Below are positions 1 through 9,109 of a DNA stretch of 20,000 bases, in pieces. The position numbers were made by a program, and so were the translations under genes. How positions within the stretch are numbered: position 1 is the stretch's first letter; each line of letters starts with the position of its first letter. The DNA is from an uncultured virus (IMG/VR IMGVR_UViG_3300035681_000004) (Duplodnaviria > Heunggongvirae > Uroviricota > Caudoviricetes). Where the stretch lies: IMG/VR virus record IMGVR_UViG_3300035681_000004. One strand, given 5' to 3'. The notes under the pieces were generated by a model that was not told the origin of the DNA, made no database searches, and saw only the letters and a program-made list of their open reading frames with translations.

Positions 1-165
1 TTCTGGAACAGTCACACCAGTTTGTTGAAGATATTCAATGATTCCTTGGAGTTTCACTGCCATCTCTCTTTTTTCAACAATCTTAGTATTCAGTTCTTGA
101 ATTTCTTGAATCAATTCACTCTGCTGTTGAATAGCAGACTGTAGGTGTAGTTGTTGTTCGTTCAT
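1..165 (-). CDS. Small hypothetical coiled-coil phage protein, 3'-truncated by the window edge (MNEQQLHLQSAIQQQSELIQEIQELNTKIVEKREMAVKLQGIIEYLQQTGVTVPE...)
   Basis: Translated by hand and not in the ORF track. ATG at 165-163, frame open to position 1, heptad-like Q/E/L pattern, sigma70-like promoter directly upstream. Confidence 0.7.
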   Translation of the reverse strand, partial: MNEQQLHLQSAIQQQSELIQEIQELNTKIVEKREMAVKLQGIIEYLQQTGVTVPE

Positions 166-186
166 TGGTTTCTTTTAAATACTTCT

Positions 187-215
187 ATATTAAATTAAAA
201 AATTTATTCTGTCAA
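187..215 (-). promoter_or_regulatory. Sigma70-like promoter for the 1..165 gene
   Basis: Minus strand reads TTGACA (215-210), a 17-nt spacer, then TAATAT (192-187). Confidence 0.65.
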
Positions 216-218
216 GTA

Positions 219-247
219 TTGACAAGACCTAAAAAGGCGACTAGACT
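219..247 (+). promoter_or_regulatory. Sigma70-like promoter pointing antisense to the late operon
   Basis: Plus strand reads TTGACA (219-224), a 17-nt spacer, then TAGACT (242-247). No credible plus-strand gene lies downstream. Confidence 0.6.
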
Positions 248-262
248 AGGTTTGTCGCCTTT
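231..262 (-). terminator. Rho-independent terminator of the minus-strand operon
   Basis: 9-bp inverted repeat AAAGGCGAC (233-241) / GTCGCCTTT (254-262) with a 12-nt loop. The minus strand ends ...GTCGCCTTTTTAG, about 20 nt after the stop of ORF 281..538. Confidence 0.6.
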
Positions 263-280
263 GAAGATCAGGGTTTAGCT

Positions 281-538
281 TCAGCTATGTTCTGCAACGA
301 ATGCTTTACCAGCAGTGATTGCTGCTTCAACATCAGAAAGGTCATCATCAGCACCACTAATGTGCTCGTTACCCATTTGAAGTTCTAAGTGTGCAACGTT
401 TCTACCAACAGCATCAACGACTTCCTTAGTGACTTCTTCCTTTTCCATCTCACTCGTAATTACCCATACACTATCACGCATTGCAGAGATAGCACCAGCA
501 ATTTCTTCAGCAGTAGGAACTTTAGTTTCTTCAGACAT
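281..538 (-). CDS. Small acidic hypothetical phage protein (85 aa), possibly a fibre accessory/chaperone
   Basis: AGGAG RBS (546-550) and a late promoter upstream. The DSVxVI...RNVxHLE...AAIxAGK pattern resembles small proteins I recall next to fibre genes in cyanophage-like genomes (recollection, not a search). Confidence 0.75.
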   Translation of the reverse strand: MSEETKVPTAEEIAGAISAMRDSVWVITSEMEKEEVTKEVVDAVGRNVAHLELQMGNEHISGADDDLSDVEAAITAGKAFVAEHS

Positions 539-558
539 TGTTTAACTCCTTTTTAGTT

Positions 559-565
559 TATTTAT
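559..565 (-). promoter_or_regulatory. T4-type late promoter motif ATAAATA
   Basis: Intergenic ATAAATA 20 nt upstream of the ATG of ORF 281..538. Confidence 0.6.
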
Positions 566-570
566 GAATA

Positions 571-1518
571 TCAACCACCGATTAAACCAGAATCATCTGA
601 CTCTTCGGTAGTGATTTCCGAAACTTCTTCAGTTTCTTCTACCTCATCGGTATCTTGTACGACTCTCCAGAACTCAGTGTTCTTGCACTTCTCTAGAATT
701 TCTTCTGAGAGAATTTCTTCTGGACTTGGTGCAGTTGATTTTACAACTGGACGTACTTCGTGCATATCAGCAAATCCATAAACCATACCATCATTCTCAC
801 GATTTTCATTCTTAAGATTATCAAAGGTATGTTCAAATGGTTCTTCACCCAAGAACTCATAAAGTTTTTGAATAGTTTCCTGAGGATTGGTTGTTAACTC
901 ACGATACTCTACAAAGTGCAGTGATTCATCATAACCTTCCATTAGTGCTTTTCTGAGTCCTTCTACCGACTGACCAAGAATACCTGCAGGGCTTGCAAGC
1001 AGTTCGCAACGATTATCATCCGTCAGAGGAATGTTATTCTTGATGAGCATTTCATCAATGAAGTTAATACGTCCATCAACCTGATAAGGATTGCGACGAA
1101 TCATTGAGATAAACGAAGTCAGAATCTCTGCAGTGTCACGAACAGGGCAGATAACCTTAGGTGGAACATCAAAGTAACCAGGAATATATTCCATACGAAC
1201 AGTCCAAGAACGGTTCTTATCGAAAATTACTGGTTCTGGACGATCACCATAAAACTGGGGAAGAACTGAAGCAATGATTTCTCTTGCTTGTTGTGGTTTT
1301 GGATAACCCAGATACAGTTCATCATTGGCAAGGCTATTCTCCAGAGCAATCATTGTAGGTACTACAGGAGAGCTAGGTCCAGAATAAAATCTTGGATTCT
1401 GGTTTAGAATTGACGAAAGCAGTGTGCTTCCAGACCTTGGAAGACCTGCCATAAAATAGAATGTTTTATTCATTCTGCTCATTTCCTCACGGATAATTTC
1501 TTTAATCATTTCCTTCAT
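571..1518 (-). CDS. PAPS-dependent sulfotransferase family protein (315 aa)
   Basis: 5'-PSB loop AGLPRSGSTLL, DKNR motif, 3'-PB motif VRDTAEILTS, later VEYRELTTNPQETIQKLYEFLG. GGAGG RBS upstream. Confidence 0.9.
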   Translation of the reverse strand: MKEMIKEIIREEMSRMNKTFYFMAGLPRSGSTLLSSILNQNPRFYSGPSSPVVPTMIALENSLANDELYLGYPKPQQAREIIASVLPQFYGDRPEPVIFDKNRSWTVRMEYIPGYFDVPPKVICPVRDTAEILTSFISMIRRNPYQVDGRINFIDEMLIKNNIPLTDDNRCELLASPAGILGQSVEGLRKALMEGYDESLHFVEYRELTTNPQETIQKLYEFLGEEPFEHTFDNLKNENRENDGMVYGFADMHEVRPVVKSTAPSPEEILSEEILEKCKNTEFWRVVQDTDEVEETEEVSEITTEESDDSGLIGG

Positions 1519-1533
1519 TGGTTTTTAATCCTC

Positions 1534-2442
1534 CTATTGTTTGTCGATAGATGCAATGACTTTATCAAAATCATAAAGTTCTTCTTGTTCTCCAAATGGA
1601 TACTCTACTTCGTTTCCATTGAAATCAAAATCAAAAAAGTAACTTCCTGGAAGTTTAAAGTCATATGGAATTTCGGTGCAGATATTATCGTGCATTTCAT
1701 AACCAAAAACTTTCGGACTCGTGCCGCTCCAAAGAACTGTAGAGGGTAATCTTAATGCTGCTGCTGCGTGTTGCATACAGGAGTCGATTAAGATTCTCTT
1801 CTTACTATGTATAAGAATACTAAAAAGTTCGATGAGAGATAGTGAACTTTCTGGAGTTGCAAAAATTGGATAAGCATCCTCCAGTTTTGGAGAGTTCAAT
1901 TTGGTAATTTGATAAATGTGATACTTGTCCTTGTAATGATCTACAATTCTCTGTGCCAGTTCAAATGGCATATCACGAGTCCAGGAATATGGTTTGGCAT
2001 CTGTCGTCATCATACCTCCATTGGTATGAATGACCATTACAGGTTTTTTACCCTTGCACCAAACTTCTCTGGAAATATTTTTCTGAAGATTATTAAACTT
2101 CAGTTCTGGTTTTTCATTATTAAATTTAAGATTATATAACTTACACCAATTTTCAATCAGTGGAAGTTTCTTGTGAATATGGTCCGTTGTATAATAAGGT
2201 TCGTGTTGGAAGATGAGTGAGTCCTTATCACGAATATAATTCTGATAGAAGTAACTCGTATTTCCTAATTGATAGACACGATCAACAAAAGAAATGTTGA
2301 TAAAGATTTCTGTGTAGACGCAAACTACAATTAACTTCCTATCAGGATAATTGTTTTTAATACACTTTGCGACTGCTGTTGCTGCAATGTGCTTTCCGAT
2401 TCCACCCTGAACGTGGAATATGCAGTACTTTTTAGAACTCAT
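1534..2442 (-). CDS. GT-B fold glycosyltransferase, GT9 (heptosyltransferase)-like (302 aa)
   Basis: N-terminal QGGIGKHIAATAV resembles the GT9 xxIGD motif. C-terminal LIDSCMQHAAAALRLPSTVLW resembles the GT9 DSGxxHxAAAxxxPxVxLF motif. Confidence 0.75.
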   Translation of the reverse strand: MSSKKYCIFHVQGGIGKHIAATAVAKCIKNNYPDRKLIVVCVYTEIFINISFVDRVYQLGNTSYFYQNYIRDKDSLIFQHEPYYTTDHIHKKLPLIENWCKLYNLKFNNEKPELKFNNLQKNISREVWCKGKKPVMVIHTNGGMMTTDAKPYSWTRDMPFELAQRIVDHYKDKYHIYQITKLNSPKLEDAYPIFATPESSLSLIELFSILIHSKKRILIDSCMQHAAAALRLPSTVLWSGTSPKVFGYEMHDNICTEIPYDFKLPGSYFFDFDFNGNEVEYPFGEQEELYDFDKVIASIDKQ

Positions 2443-2488
2443 AAAAATTTCAATTCATTCTATATTATGTATAAGAGATTTAAAACGC

Positions 2489-3064
2489 TTAAAGTTGAAA
2501 CGTGGTTCGGATTTCTTCTATTAAATCCTGGTCCTTTGATACCACACCAAGACCATAAGAGCAGGTGAAATTGACCTTAGGTAGATTCAATTCTGCAAAA
2601 AATCTATCGACTTCATATCCTGGTTTTTGAACAAAGGTATCGTGAAATAAAATCACACCATCGTCTTTTACAAATTTGCTCCAGGTATCATAATCATTCT
2701 TCACTGCTTGATAAGTGTGATAACCATCAATGTGTAGAATATCAATTGGATGCTTCCATTGTTTTGCAACCATTCCAAAGTAACCTTTTACAAACTTAAC
2801 GTGATTGAATTGAAGTTCTTTTTTCTTTTGCTTGACATATTCAAACGTGTTTTTAAATCCTACCATTGGATCTCCTTCAAAGCAATCGATACCATATACT
2901 GTACCGATCTTTGGTAGAGCAAAGCAGAATGTTGAATAACCAAAATCAACACCTAGATCTACAGTCACTTCTGGATTTTTTCTGTTAACAATCCATTGGG
3001 CAAATGTAATATGATCAGTCCAACCCGTTGGAACTTGTTCTATAATGCGAAGTTCGTTTTCCAT
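2489..3064 (-). CDS. Class I SAM-dependent methyltransferase, Methyltransf_24-like (191 aa)
   Basis: Motif I VDLGVDFGYST, IDILHIDGYHTYQAVKNDY and GVILFHD motifs. The start overlaps the upstream stop (TAATG). Confidence 0.85.
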   Translation of the reverse strand: MENELRIIEQVPTGWTDHITFAQWIVNRKNPEVTVDLGVDFGYSTFCFALPKIGTVYGIDCFEGDPMVGFKNTFEYVKQKKKELQFNHVKFVKGYFGMVAKQWKHPIDILHIDGYHTYQAVKNDYDTWSKFVKDDGVILFHDTFVQKPGYEVDRFFAELNLPKVNFTCSYGLGVVSKDQDLIEEIRTTFQL

Positions 3065-3804
3065 TAGTATCCAAAAATATTTGTTTTAGGTTGAAGAGTA
3101 TGTTTTATAATGTCCCATTGCTTTGCACCCTTAAAGTGATTGTACTGATAGGCATTATGTGTGTCCAGATCAATTCGTTTTTGTATCGGACCTTTTTTGA
3201 TTCCAAGAGTTTTTGAAATTTCACCACTGATCTTATTGGTTTTCAGAGCATAAATGTTCTCACAGTTCTGAATTAAGTAGTCATCACCATACCAGACCTT
3301 ATAAAGGCTTGGAATGACTTTGTACTTGGAGCGTTTGATAAACATACAAACACCAAATGCATAACTCTGACTTCCAATCGGTCTGTTCTTTAGAATATTC
3401 AGTTTGATCAGTTCGTCTGATTGATCTGGTTGATGTGCGATATGAAAGTTATCAACACTTCCTTTCAGATAAGAACCAATGATATCAATATTCTCCATAT
3501 CCAATGTGGAGATATAATTGAAGATACCTTCTTCTACAAAGACATCATCATTCAAAATGCATAGAACATCTGAATTGGAACGATAGTAACCTTCATTCCA
3601 AGCAGGATTCACATAGATGTTTTTGTTGTAGCAAACCAATTTAATCTTTGGATGCTGAAGAATCGGATCATTAGGTCTTTTGGATTTTTGATTATCGATT
3701 AAAATAATCGAATTAACTGCTGAGAATTCACAGTATTGTTTCAGATAATCGATAAAATTTTCCACACACCACATTGTAGGTGTTACAATATCAATGGAGT
3801 TCAT
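3064..3804 (-). CDS. GT-A fold (GT2-like) glycosyltransferase (246 aa)
   Basis: IDIVTPT, IILIDN, VNPAWNEG, CILNDD (DxD-type) and WYGDDYL motifs. ATGA overlap with the upstream gene. Confidence 0.8.
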   Translation of the reverse strand: MNSIDIVTPTMWCVENFIDYLKQYCEFSAVNSIILIDNQKSKRPNDPILQHPKIKLVCYNKNIYVNPAWNEGYYRSNSDVLCILNDDVFVEEGIFNYISTLDMENIDIIGSYLKGSVDNFHIAHQPDQSDELIKLNILKNRPIGSQSYAFGVCMFIKRSKYKVIPSLYKVWYGDDYLIQNCENIYALKTNKISGEISKTLGIKKGPIQKRIDLDTHNAYQYNHFKGAKQWDIIKHTLQPKTNIFGY

Positions 3805-4439
3805 AGGTTATATGACTTTTGAAAATCGCCTTTAAACTTTTTGGTTCCAATATGTGTCACCGTATGTGTTGGATTTAACCAAATCTGGTAACCAAGTTCT
3901 TTGATCTTTTCGCAGAGAACAATATCTTCTCCGTGAAAACTATCATTAATGACTGTGTATTCGCAAATGTACTTTAGTGGTCTGCCTCGAAATTCACAGA
4001 CAGGATTGCTCTCCCATAGGTCACGAATGACTTTCTGTGAGAGTTTTAGGAATCCAGTACCACAGCGTCCAATCTTCAGGTATCCATCCGTGTCTGGTTC
4101 TTTCTGAACATCATAGACATTGTACTGGATTTTTTTATCACCTTTATTAACAACTGGAACTGCTACTACGTCTTTTGGAGAATTCACGATATTCAGAAGA
4201 ACTTTTGGATCCCATTCTTCGTCATCATCAATAAAGACCATTGCATCATAGCGTTCTCTATAGGCAAGATTCAGAAGTTCATTTCTTGCCATTGGTAGAA
4301 TGCTCTCATTAGCAAGAAACACTGGTTGGAACATTATATCGTTCGCAAGACCAAGTTTTGTACTTTCATATAATGAATTAACAAACCAGGCATCAACCTT
4401 GCCATCAAGGCACGGCGTTGCAATTAATACTCTTTTCAT
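3801..4439 (-). CDS. GT-A fold glycosyltransferase-like protein (212 aa)
   Basis: VLIATP, ARNEL, VFIDDD (DxD), GTGFLKL, GEDIVLC and IWLNPTHTVTHIG motifs typical of phage GT-A proteins. Confidence 0.8.
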   Translation of the reverse strand: MKRVLIATPCLDGKVDAWFVNSLYESTKLGLANDIMFQPVFLANESILPMARNELLNLAYRERYDAMVFIDDDEEWDPKVLLNIVNSPKDVVAVPVVNKGDKKIQYNVYDVQKEPDTDGYLKIGRCGTGFLKLSQKVIRDLWESNPVCEFRGRPLKYICEYTVINDSFHGEDIVLCEKIKELGYQIWLNPTHTVTHIGTKKFKGDFQKSYNL

Positions 4440-4458
4440 TTGGAATAATGATGTATCT

Positions 4459-4734
4459 TTAAGTATTTAGTTTGTTCTCCAGAGCCTCTATTCTTGCTTT
4501 CAGGTCTTGGTTTTCAGTATCAAGTTGTTTCACAGCATTAATCAAATACCAAGTTAAATTAGAAGTATCAACACTATAAACACCAGTACTTTCTTGCTTA
4601 ACAATTTCTGGTAGTACTTCCGATGCTTCTTGAGCAATTAAACCAATTTGTACTCCTTCTTTATTAATTGCAGTGTGCTCTGGAAGTTCAGTGATTTCTT
4701 CTGGTTTGCGGTATTCATTCAAGAGTTTCAACAT
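4459..4734 (-). pseudogene. Orphan C-terminal half of a peptidase-S74 intramolecular chaperone domain (remnant, or possibly an expressed 91-aa protein)
   Basis: EYRKPEE...IGLIAQE...LPEIV...YLINAVKQL plus coiled coil matches the S74 C-terminal half seen in the two fibres of this window. It lacks the SDxRxK autocleavage motif and overlaps the upstream gene by 20 nt. Confidence 0.7.
4464..4470 (-). promoter_or_regulatory. Late promoter-like motif CTAAATA upstream of the glycan-modification cassette
   Basis: CTAAATA lies in the last codons of ORF 4459..4734, 24 nt upstream of the ATG at 4439. The placement matches the other late motifs. Confidence 0.5.
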
Positions 4735-5188
4735 TCCAAGGAGTTGCTGGCCTCATTGTAGGTTGTTCAGCATTTAGACCATAAAAAGATTGAATTTTTT
4801 TAGCAACAGTATTCTTTAACTGTTCTTTTTCAGATTCTTCTAATAGAGTTTCAATCCAACCAACCACGATTTCTGGGGTGAGATCTTCAAATGGAACAAA
4901 ATTATTCCAATCAATTGGTCTAATATACTTTACCGAAACAATTTTCTTAATTTCATTTCCATTTTCATCTAATAGAATGTTCCCATTGTTATCAATTATT
5001 GTCTGTTCTTCATCTTGATATACAATCTCTTCAAATGGCAATTTAAAATCAAAAACTTCGGTTGTATTGAATCCATTTTCATCTTCTCCACGAATGTATG
5101 CTTTGATATATTCAACTGCACCATCAGGGGATTGATTTGTTTCATCAACTTTTAATTGACAAATATGATAAGTATAAGTAATACTCAT
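4715..5188 (-). CDS. Tail-fibre-associated hypothetical protein (157 aa)
   Basis: MSITYTY start, FVPFEDLTPEIVVGWI motif and terminal PW resemble small proteins commonly encoded after phage fibre genes. Late promoter upstream. Confidence 0.7.
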   Translation of the reverse strand: MSITYTYHICQLKVDETNQSPDGAVEYIKAYIRGEDENGFNTTEVFDFKLPFEEIVYQDEEQTIIDNNGNILLDENGNEIKKIVSVKYIRPIDWNNFVPFEDLTPEIVVGWIETLLEESEKEQLKNTVAKKIQSFYGLNAEQPTMRPATPWNVETLE

Positions 5189-5212
5189 ATTCCTAATTTC
5201 CTTTGATTTTTG

Positions 5213-5219
5213 TATTTAT
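5213..5219 (-). promoter_or_regulatory. T4-type late promoter motif ATAAATA
   Basis: Intergenic motif 24 nt upstream of the ATG at 5188. Confidence 0.6.
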
Positions 5220-5229
5220 TCAGACAAAT

Positions 5230-8200
5230 TTATAAATTATATCCAGCAGAAATAGCTGCAACTGTCCAGTTTCCTGAACCGCAATTGACAGTTAACGTAT
5301 TTGATCCAGATTGTCCAAAAGTTACAAAATCAGTATCGCCAGAAATAAATGTGCTTCCTGGTGTATTATTTCCAGTAATATAAAACTGAACTCGATAAAT
5401 TGCAGAATCACCAGATGTTCCATCAGAGGTATTTCTACTAGCTAAAACTAACATTGTTGCTCCACCGTTACTCTGATTTACTGACAATCCAGTATCGATA
5501 ACAGTGTTACCAGAACTAGATGCAACTTCTCTTAATTGAGCTGTGTATGCTGCACCACCAGCTCTTACTACACCACTAAGTGTTATGGATCCAGCGACCT
5601 GCAACTTATAAATAGTTGGATTTGTAAGACCTATACCAACATTACCACTACTAGTACCATAAATCCAGTTCACACCACCAGCACCAATCGCTAACTGACA
5701 GCTACCAGTTGCTGATGGAACTTGTGTATTGTTTCCAAGAGCAATATTATTAGAACCAGTGGTAACAGAGCATCCTGCATAATGACCTAAGAATGTGTTG
5801 CAAGAACCAAAAGTATTAAGGCATCCAGCATTCGCTCCTATAAAGTTATTGTTGGATCCTGTGGTGTTACAACGTCCTGCAAGTGATCCTATAAAGTTGT
5901 TGTTGTTTCCGGTAGTATTTTTTTGCCCCGCATAACGACCCATAAAGATATTGCAACTTCCAAAAGTATTAAAAGCTCCAGCACACTGTCCTATGAAGTT
6001 ATTGTTGGATCCTGTGGTGTTTTTACCACCCGCATACCAACCAAAAAAGTTGTTACAAGAACCAGTAGTATTGCAATAACCGGCAGCAAATCCAATAAAG
6101 TTATTGGCAGATCCAGTTGTATTAAAAGAACCTGCACGACATCCAAAGAAATTATTACAATTTCCAGTGGTGTTATAGTAACCAGCATAAAATCCAAAAA
6201 AGTTATTGTGACATCCAAAAGTATTAGAAAATCCAGCATTATTGCCTATAAAGTTATTGTTGGATCCAGTAGTGTTACATAGTCCAGCATTAATACCAAA
6301 GAAGTTATTATAACAACCAAAAGTATTCGAATATCCAGCACACTGTCCTATAAAGACGTTGCTGTTTCCTGTGGTGTTACAGATACCAGCACATAAACCG
6401 AAGAAGTTATTATTACTTCCTGTGGTATTACGATATCCAGCAGCACACCCTATGAAGTTGTTGAAACTACCAAAGGTATTAAACTCTCCTGCTTCACGAC
6501 CAATAAAGTTATTGGAATTTCCTGTGGTATTGCAGCATCCAGCAAGATATCCAAAGAAGTTATTAGCACTACCAGTAGTGTTAGCAAATCCAGCACATCT
6601 TCCTATAAAGTTATTGTCTACTCCTGTGGTATTACTATACCCTCCAGCATATCCAAAGAAGTTGTTATTAGATCCAGTTGTATTACGAAATCCTGTGTCT
6701 TGTCCAAAGAAATTATTGCAACTTCCTGTGGTGCTGCAACGTCCCGCATTAACTCCAAAATAGTTATTACGAGATCCTGTGGTATTAAGACATCCAGCAT
6801 CACGACCAATAAAGTTATTGAAGGATCCAGTGTCGTTGCATCTTCCTGCTTTATATCCACCAAAGAAGTTATGACATCCTGTAGTATTGCAATATCCTGC
6901 ACTGGCACCTAAAAATGTATTGTAAGATCCAAAGGTATTAAATTGCCCTGTAAGTTGACCTATGAAAACATTAAATCCACCGGTGGTATTACATCTTCCA
7001 GCAGAGCGACCAAAAAATACGTTATAGCAACCAGTAGTATTTTTTTGCCCAGCATAAGGACCCATAAAGATATTACAACTTCCAGTGGTGTTACAACTTC
7101 CTGCTTGATTACCTACAAAAACATTACTACTTCCAGTGGTGTTGGTGCATCCAGCATTATATCCACCGAAGAAATTATGATTTCCAGTGGTATTTGAAAA
7201 TCCAGCAGCACGACCTATAAAGTTATTATTGGTTCCAATTGTATTATTCTGCCCTGCATAAGGTCCAATAAAATTATTTCTACTTCCAGTGGTGTTACAT
7301 AATCCTACATTAATACCAAAGAAATTATTTTGATTTCCAAAAGTATTAGAATATCCAGCACAGAAACCTATAAAGTTATTGTTGGATCCTGTGGTATTAG
7401 AAAGACCAGCATTTTGTCCAAAGAAGTTATTAAAAGATCCAGAAATATTATAAACACCTGTACTATTTCCTACAAAGAAATTATGAGATCCAAATGTATT
7501 GCAACGACCAGTGGCACGACCAATAAACGTATTATTACTTCCAGTTGTATTTGCTTGACCTGCAAGAGATCCAATGAAAACATTACGAGTTCCTGTTGTA
7601 TTGCACTGCCCAACACAGTCACCAATAAAGTTATTATGACATCCAAAAGTATTCGAAAATCCAGCACATAATCCAATAAAGTTGTTGTTGGATCCTGTGG
7701 TGTTATATCTTCCAGCATTACGACCAATAAAATTATTATTCTGTCCAATAGTGTTGCAGTATCCTGCCTCACGCCCTATGAAGTTATTGTTGGATCCTGT
7801 GGTGTTGTATCTTCCAGCATTACGACCAAAGAAGTTATTATAACAACCAGTAGTATTATACTGCCCCGCAAAGACACCAAAGAAGTTATTATAAGCACCG
7901 AAAGTATTAGAAAATCCTGCACTATTTCCTATGAAGTTGTTGTGGTTTCCTGTGGCGTTACAATGTCCAGCAGATCTTCCAATAAAATTATTAGAACTAC
8001 CAGTGGTATTATTACGCCCTGCATTATATCCACCAAAGAAGTTATGACATCCAGTGGTGTTACAGCGTCCAGCAAGAAATCCAAAGAAATTGTTATAAGA
8101 ACCAATAGTATTAATACATCCTGATTGAGTTCCAATAAAATTATTATGATTTCCAGTAGTATTATTGATTCCAGCACACTGTCCAAAGAAGTTATTATAG

Positions 8201-9087
8201 CTTCCAGTAGTATTAGAAAATCCAGATTGCCTACCTAAGAAGTTGTTGTTGTTTCCTGTAGTGTTAGAACATCCTGCTTGAATACCAAAGAAGTTATTAT
8301 AGCAACCAAAGGTATTATTGCGCCCAGCACAGTTGCCTATAAAGTTATTGTTGGATCCTGTGGTATTGCAAAGTCCAGAAGAATTGCCAAAGAAGTTATT
8401 ATGATTTCCATTGGTGTTATTATATCCAGCACATAATCCTATAAAGGTATTATTGTTTCCTGTGGTATTATTAAATCCTGCTCGGGAACCTAAGAAGTTA
8501 TTGCAACTTCCAGTGGTGTTTAAACGTCCAGCACCACATCCAAAGAAGTTATTATAACTTCCAATAGTATTATAACCTCCTGCAGCATTACCAAAGAAGT
8601 TATTATTACTTCCAGTGGTGCTGCACCATCCAGCATAATAACCAAAGAAGTTATTGCAACAACCAAAAGTATTAGAACGTCCAGCAGCATATCCAATGAA
8701 GTTATTATGACATCCAGTAGTATTACTTCTACCAGCACCAACACCAGCAAAGAAGTTATCCGTACCACCACTTAAACTACCACCAGTTGTTGTATCACCA
8801 ATTCTGATATTGGCAGTAGAACCAAAAGATACTTGAGTGAATGTAGCAACACCAGTGATATTCAGGTCAGTGAAAGTATTAGGTCCAATTGAAATCGAAC
8901 TTTCAATGGTTGCTGCAGTAACGGCATCTAATGAAGCAATGTTCTGTAACTGCCTTGCACTTGAAACAATCTGAGTTGAACCAATACTTAACGAATTTGC
9001 AGTTACAATACCTGCAGTGTTAATATTTTCTACAACTAGATTTGCGCCTGTTTCAATACCAGCAGCGTTAACCTTCGTGAATGCCAT
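5230..9087 (-). CDS. Tail fibre/adhesin-like protein (1285 aa) with 60 x 17-aa repeats and no S74 domain
   Basis: MAFTKV-type N-terminus, repeat array, GNVGIGxTNP..KLQVAG fibre motif, then a distinct C-terminal domain of about 100 aa. Confidence 0.85.
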   Translation of the reverse strand: MAFTKVNAAGIETGANLVVENINTAGIVTANSLSIGSTQIVSSARQLQNIASLDAVTAATIESSISIGPNTFTDLNITGVATFTQVSFGSTANIRIGDTTTGGSLSGGTDNFFAGVGAGRSNTTGCHNNFIGYAAGRSNTFGCCNNFFGYYAGWCSTTGSNNNFFGNAAGGYNTIGSYNNFFGCGAGRLNTTGSCNNFLGSRAGFNNTTGNNNTFIGLCAGYNNTNGNHNNFFGNSSGLCNTTGSNNNFIGNCAGRNNTFGCYNNFFGIQAGCSNTTGNNNNFLGRQSGFSNTTGSYNNFFGQCAGINNTTGNHNNFIGTQSGCINTIGSYNNFFGFLAGRCNTTGCHNFFGGYNAGRNNTTGSSNNFIGRSAGHCNATGNHNNFIGNSAGFSNTFGAYNNFFGVFAGQYNTTGCYNNFFGRNAGRYNTTGSNNNFIGREAGYCNTIGQNNNFIGRNAGRYNTTGSNNNFIGLCAGFSNTFGCHNNFIGDCVGQCNTTGTRNVFIGSLAGQANTTGSNNTFIGRATGRCNTFGSHNFFVGNSTGVYNISGSFNNFFGQNAGLSNTTGSNNNFIGFCAGYSNTFGNQNNFFGINVGLCNTTGSRNNFIGPYAGQNNTIGTNNNFIGRAAGFSNTTGNHNFFGGYNAGCTNTTGSSNVFVGNQAGSCNTTGSCNIFMGPYAGQKNTTGCYNVFFGRSAGRCNTTGGFNVFIGQLTGQFNTFGSYNTFLGASAGYCNTTGCHNFFGGYKAGRCNDTGSFNNFIGRDAGCLNTTGSRNNYFGVNAGRCSTTGSCNNFFGQDTGFRNTTGSNNNFFGYAGGYSNTTGVDNNFIGRCAGFANTTGSANNFFGYLAGCCNTTGNSNNFIGREAGEFNTFGSFNNFIGCAAGYRNTTGSNNNFFGLCAGICNTTGNSNVFIGQCAGYSNTFGCYNNFFGINAGLCNTTGSNNNFIGNNAGFSNTFGCHNNFFGFYAGYYNTTGNCNNFFGCRAGSFNTTGSANNFIGFAAGYCNTTGSCNNFFGWYAGGKNTTGSNNNFIGQCAGAFNTFGSCNIFMGRYAGQKNTTGNNNNFIGSLAGRCNTTGSNNNFIGANAGCLNTFGSCNTFLGHYAGCSVTTGSNNIALGNNTQVPSATGSCQLAIGAGGVNWIYGTSSGNVGIGLTNPTIYKLQVAGSITLSGVVRAGGAAYTAQLREVASSSGNTVIDTGLSVNQSNGGATMLVLASRNTSDGTSGDSAIYRVQFYITGNNTPGSTFISGDTDFVTFGQSGSNTLTVNCGSGNWTVAAISAGYNL
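5734..8760 (-). repeat. Coding tandem array, 60 units of 51 bp (17 aa)
   Basis: The Gly codon of the first unit (DNFFAG, 8743) and of the last (NNIALG, 5734) are 3009 bp apart, exactly 59 x 51. Confidence 0.95.
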
Positions 9088-9101
9088 TATGGTTTTTTAT
9101 G

Positions 9102-9109
9102 TATTTATA
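9102..9109 (-). promoter_or_regulatory. T4 late promoter, perfect TATAAATA
   Basis: Overlaps the TAA stop of the 1637-aa gene and lies 14 nt upstream of the ATG at 9087. Confidence 0.75.

Noticed and set aside
1537..2139. Plus-strand ORFs of 70 and 76 aa
   Set aside because: They are antisense to the GT9-like gene, short, and have no recognisable motifs.
2466..2473. TATACATA as a late promoter for the GT9-like gene
   Set aside because: It has one mismatch in the core and lies in AT-rich DNA. It is plausible but too weak to call.
571..4439. Bacterial LPS/capsule locus or DNA hypermodification cluster
   Set aside because: The context is phage structural genes with late promoters. No transport, polymerase or nucleotide-sugar genes and no base-hydroxymethylase or kinase genes occur in the window. 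It is not fully excluded.
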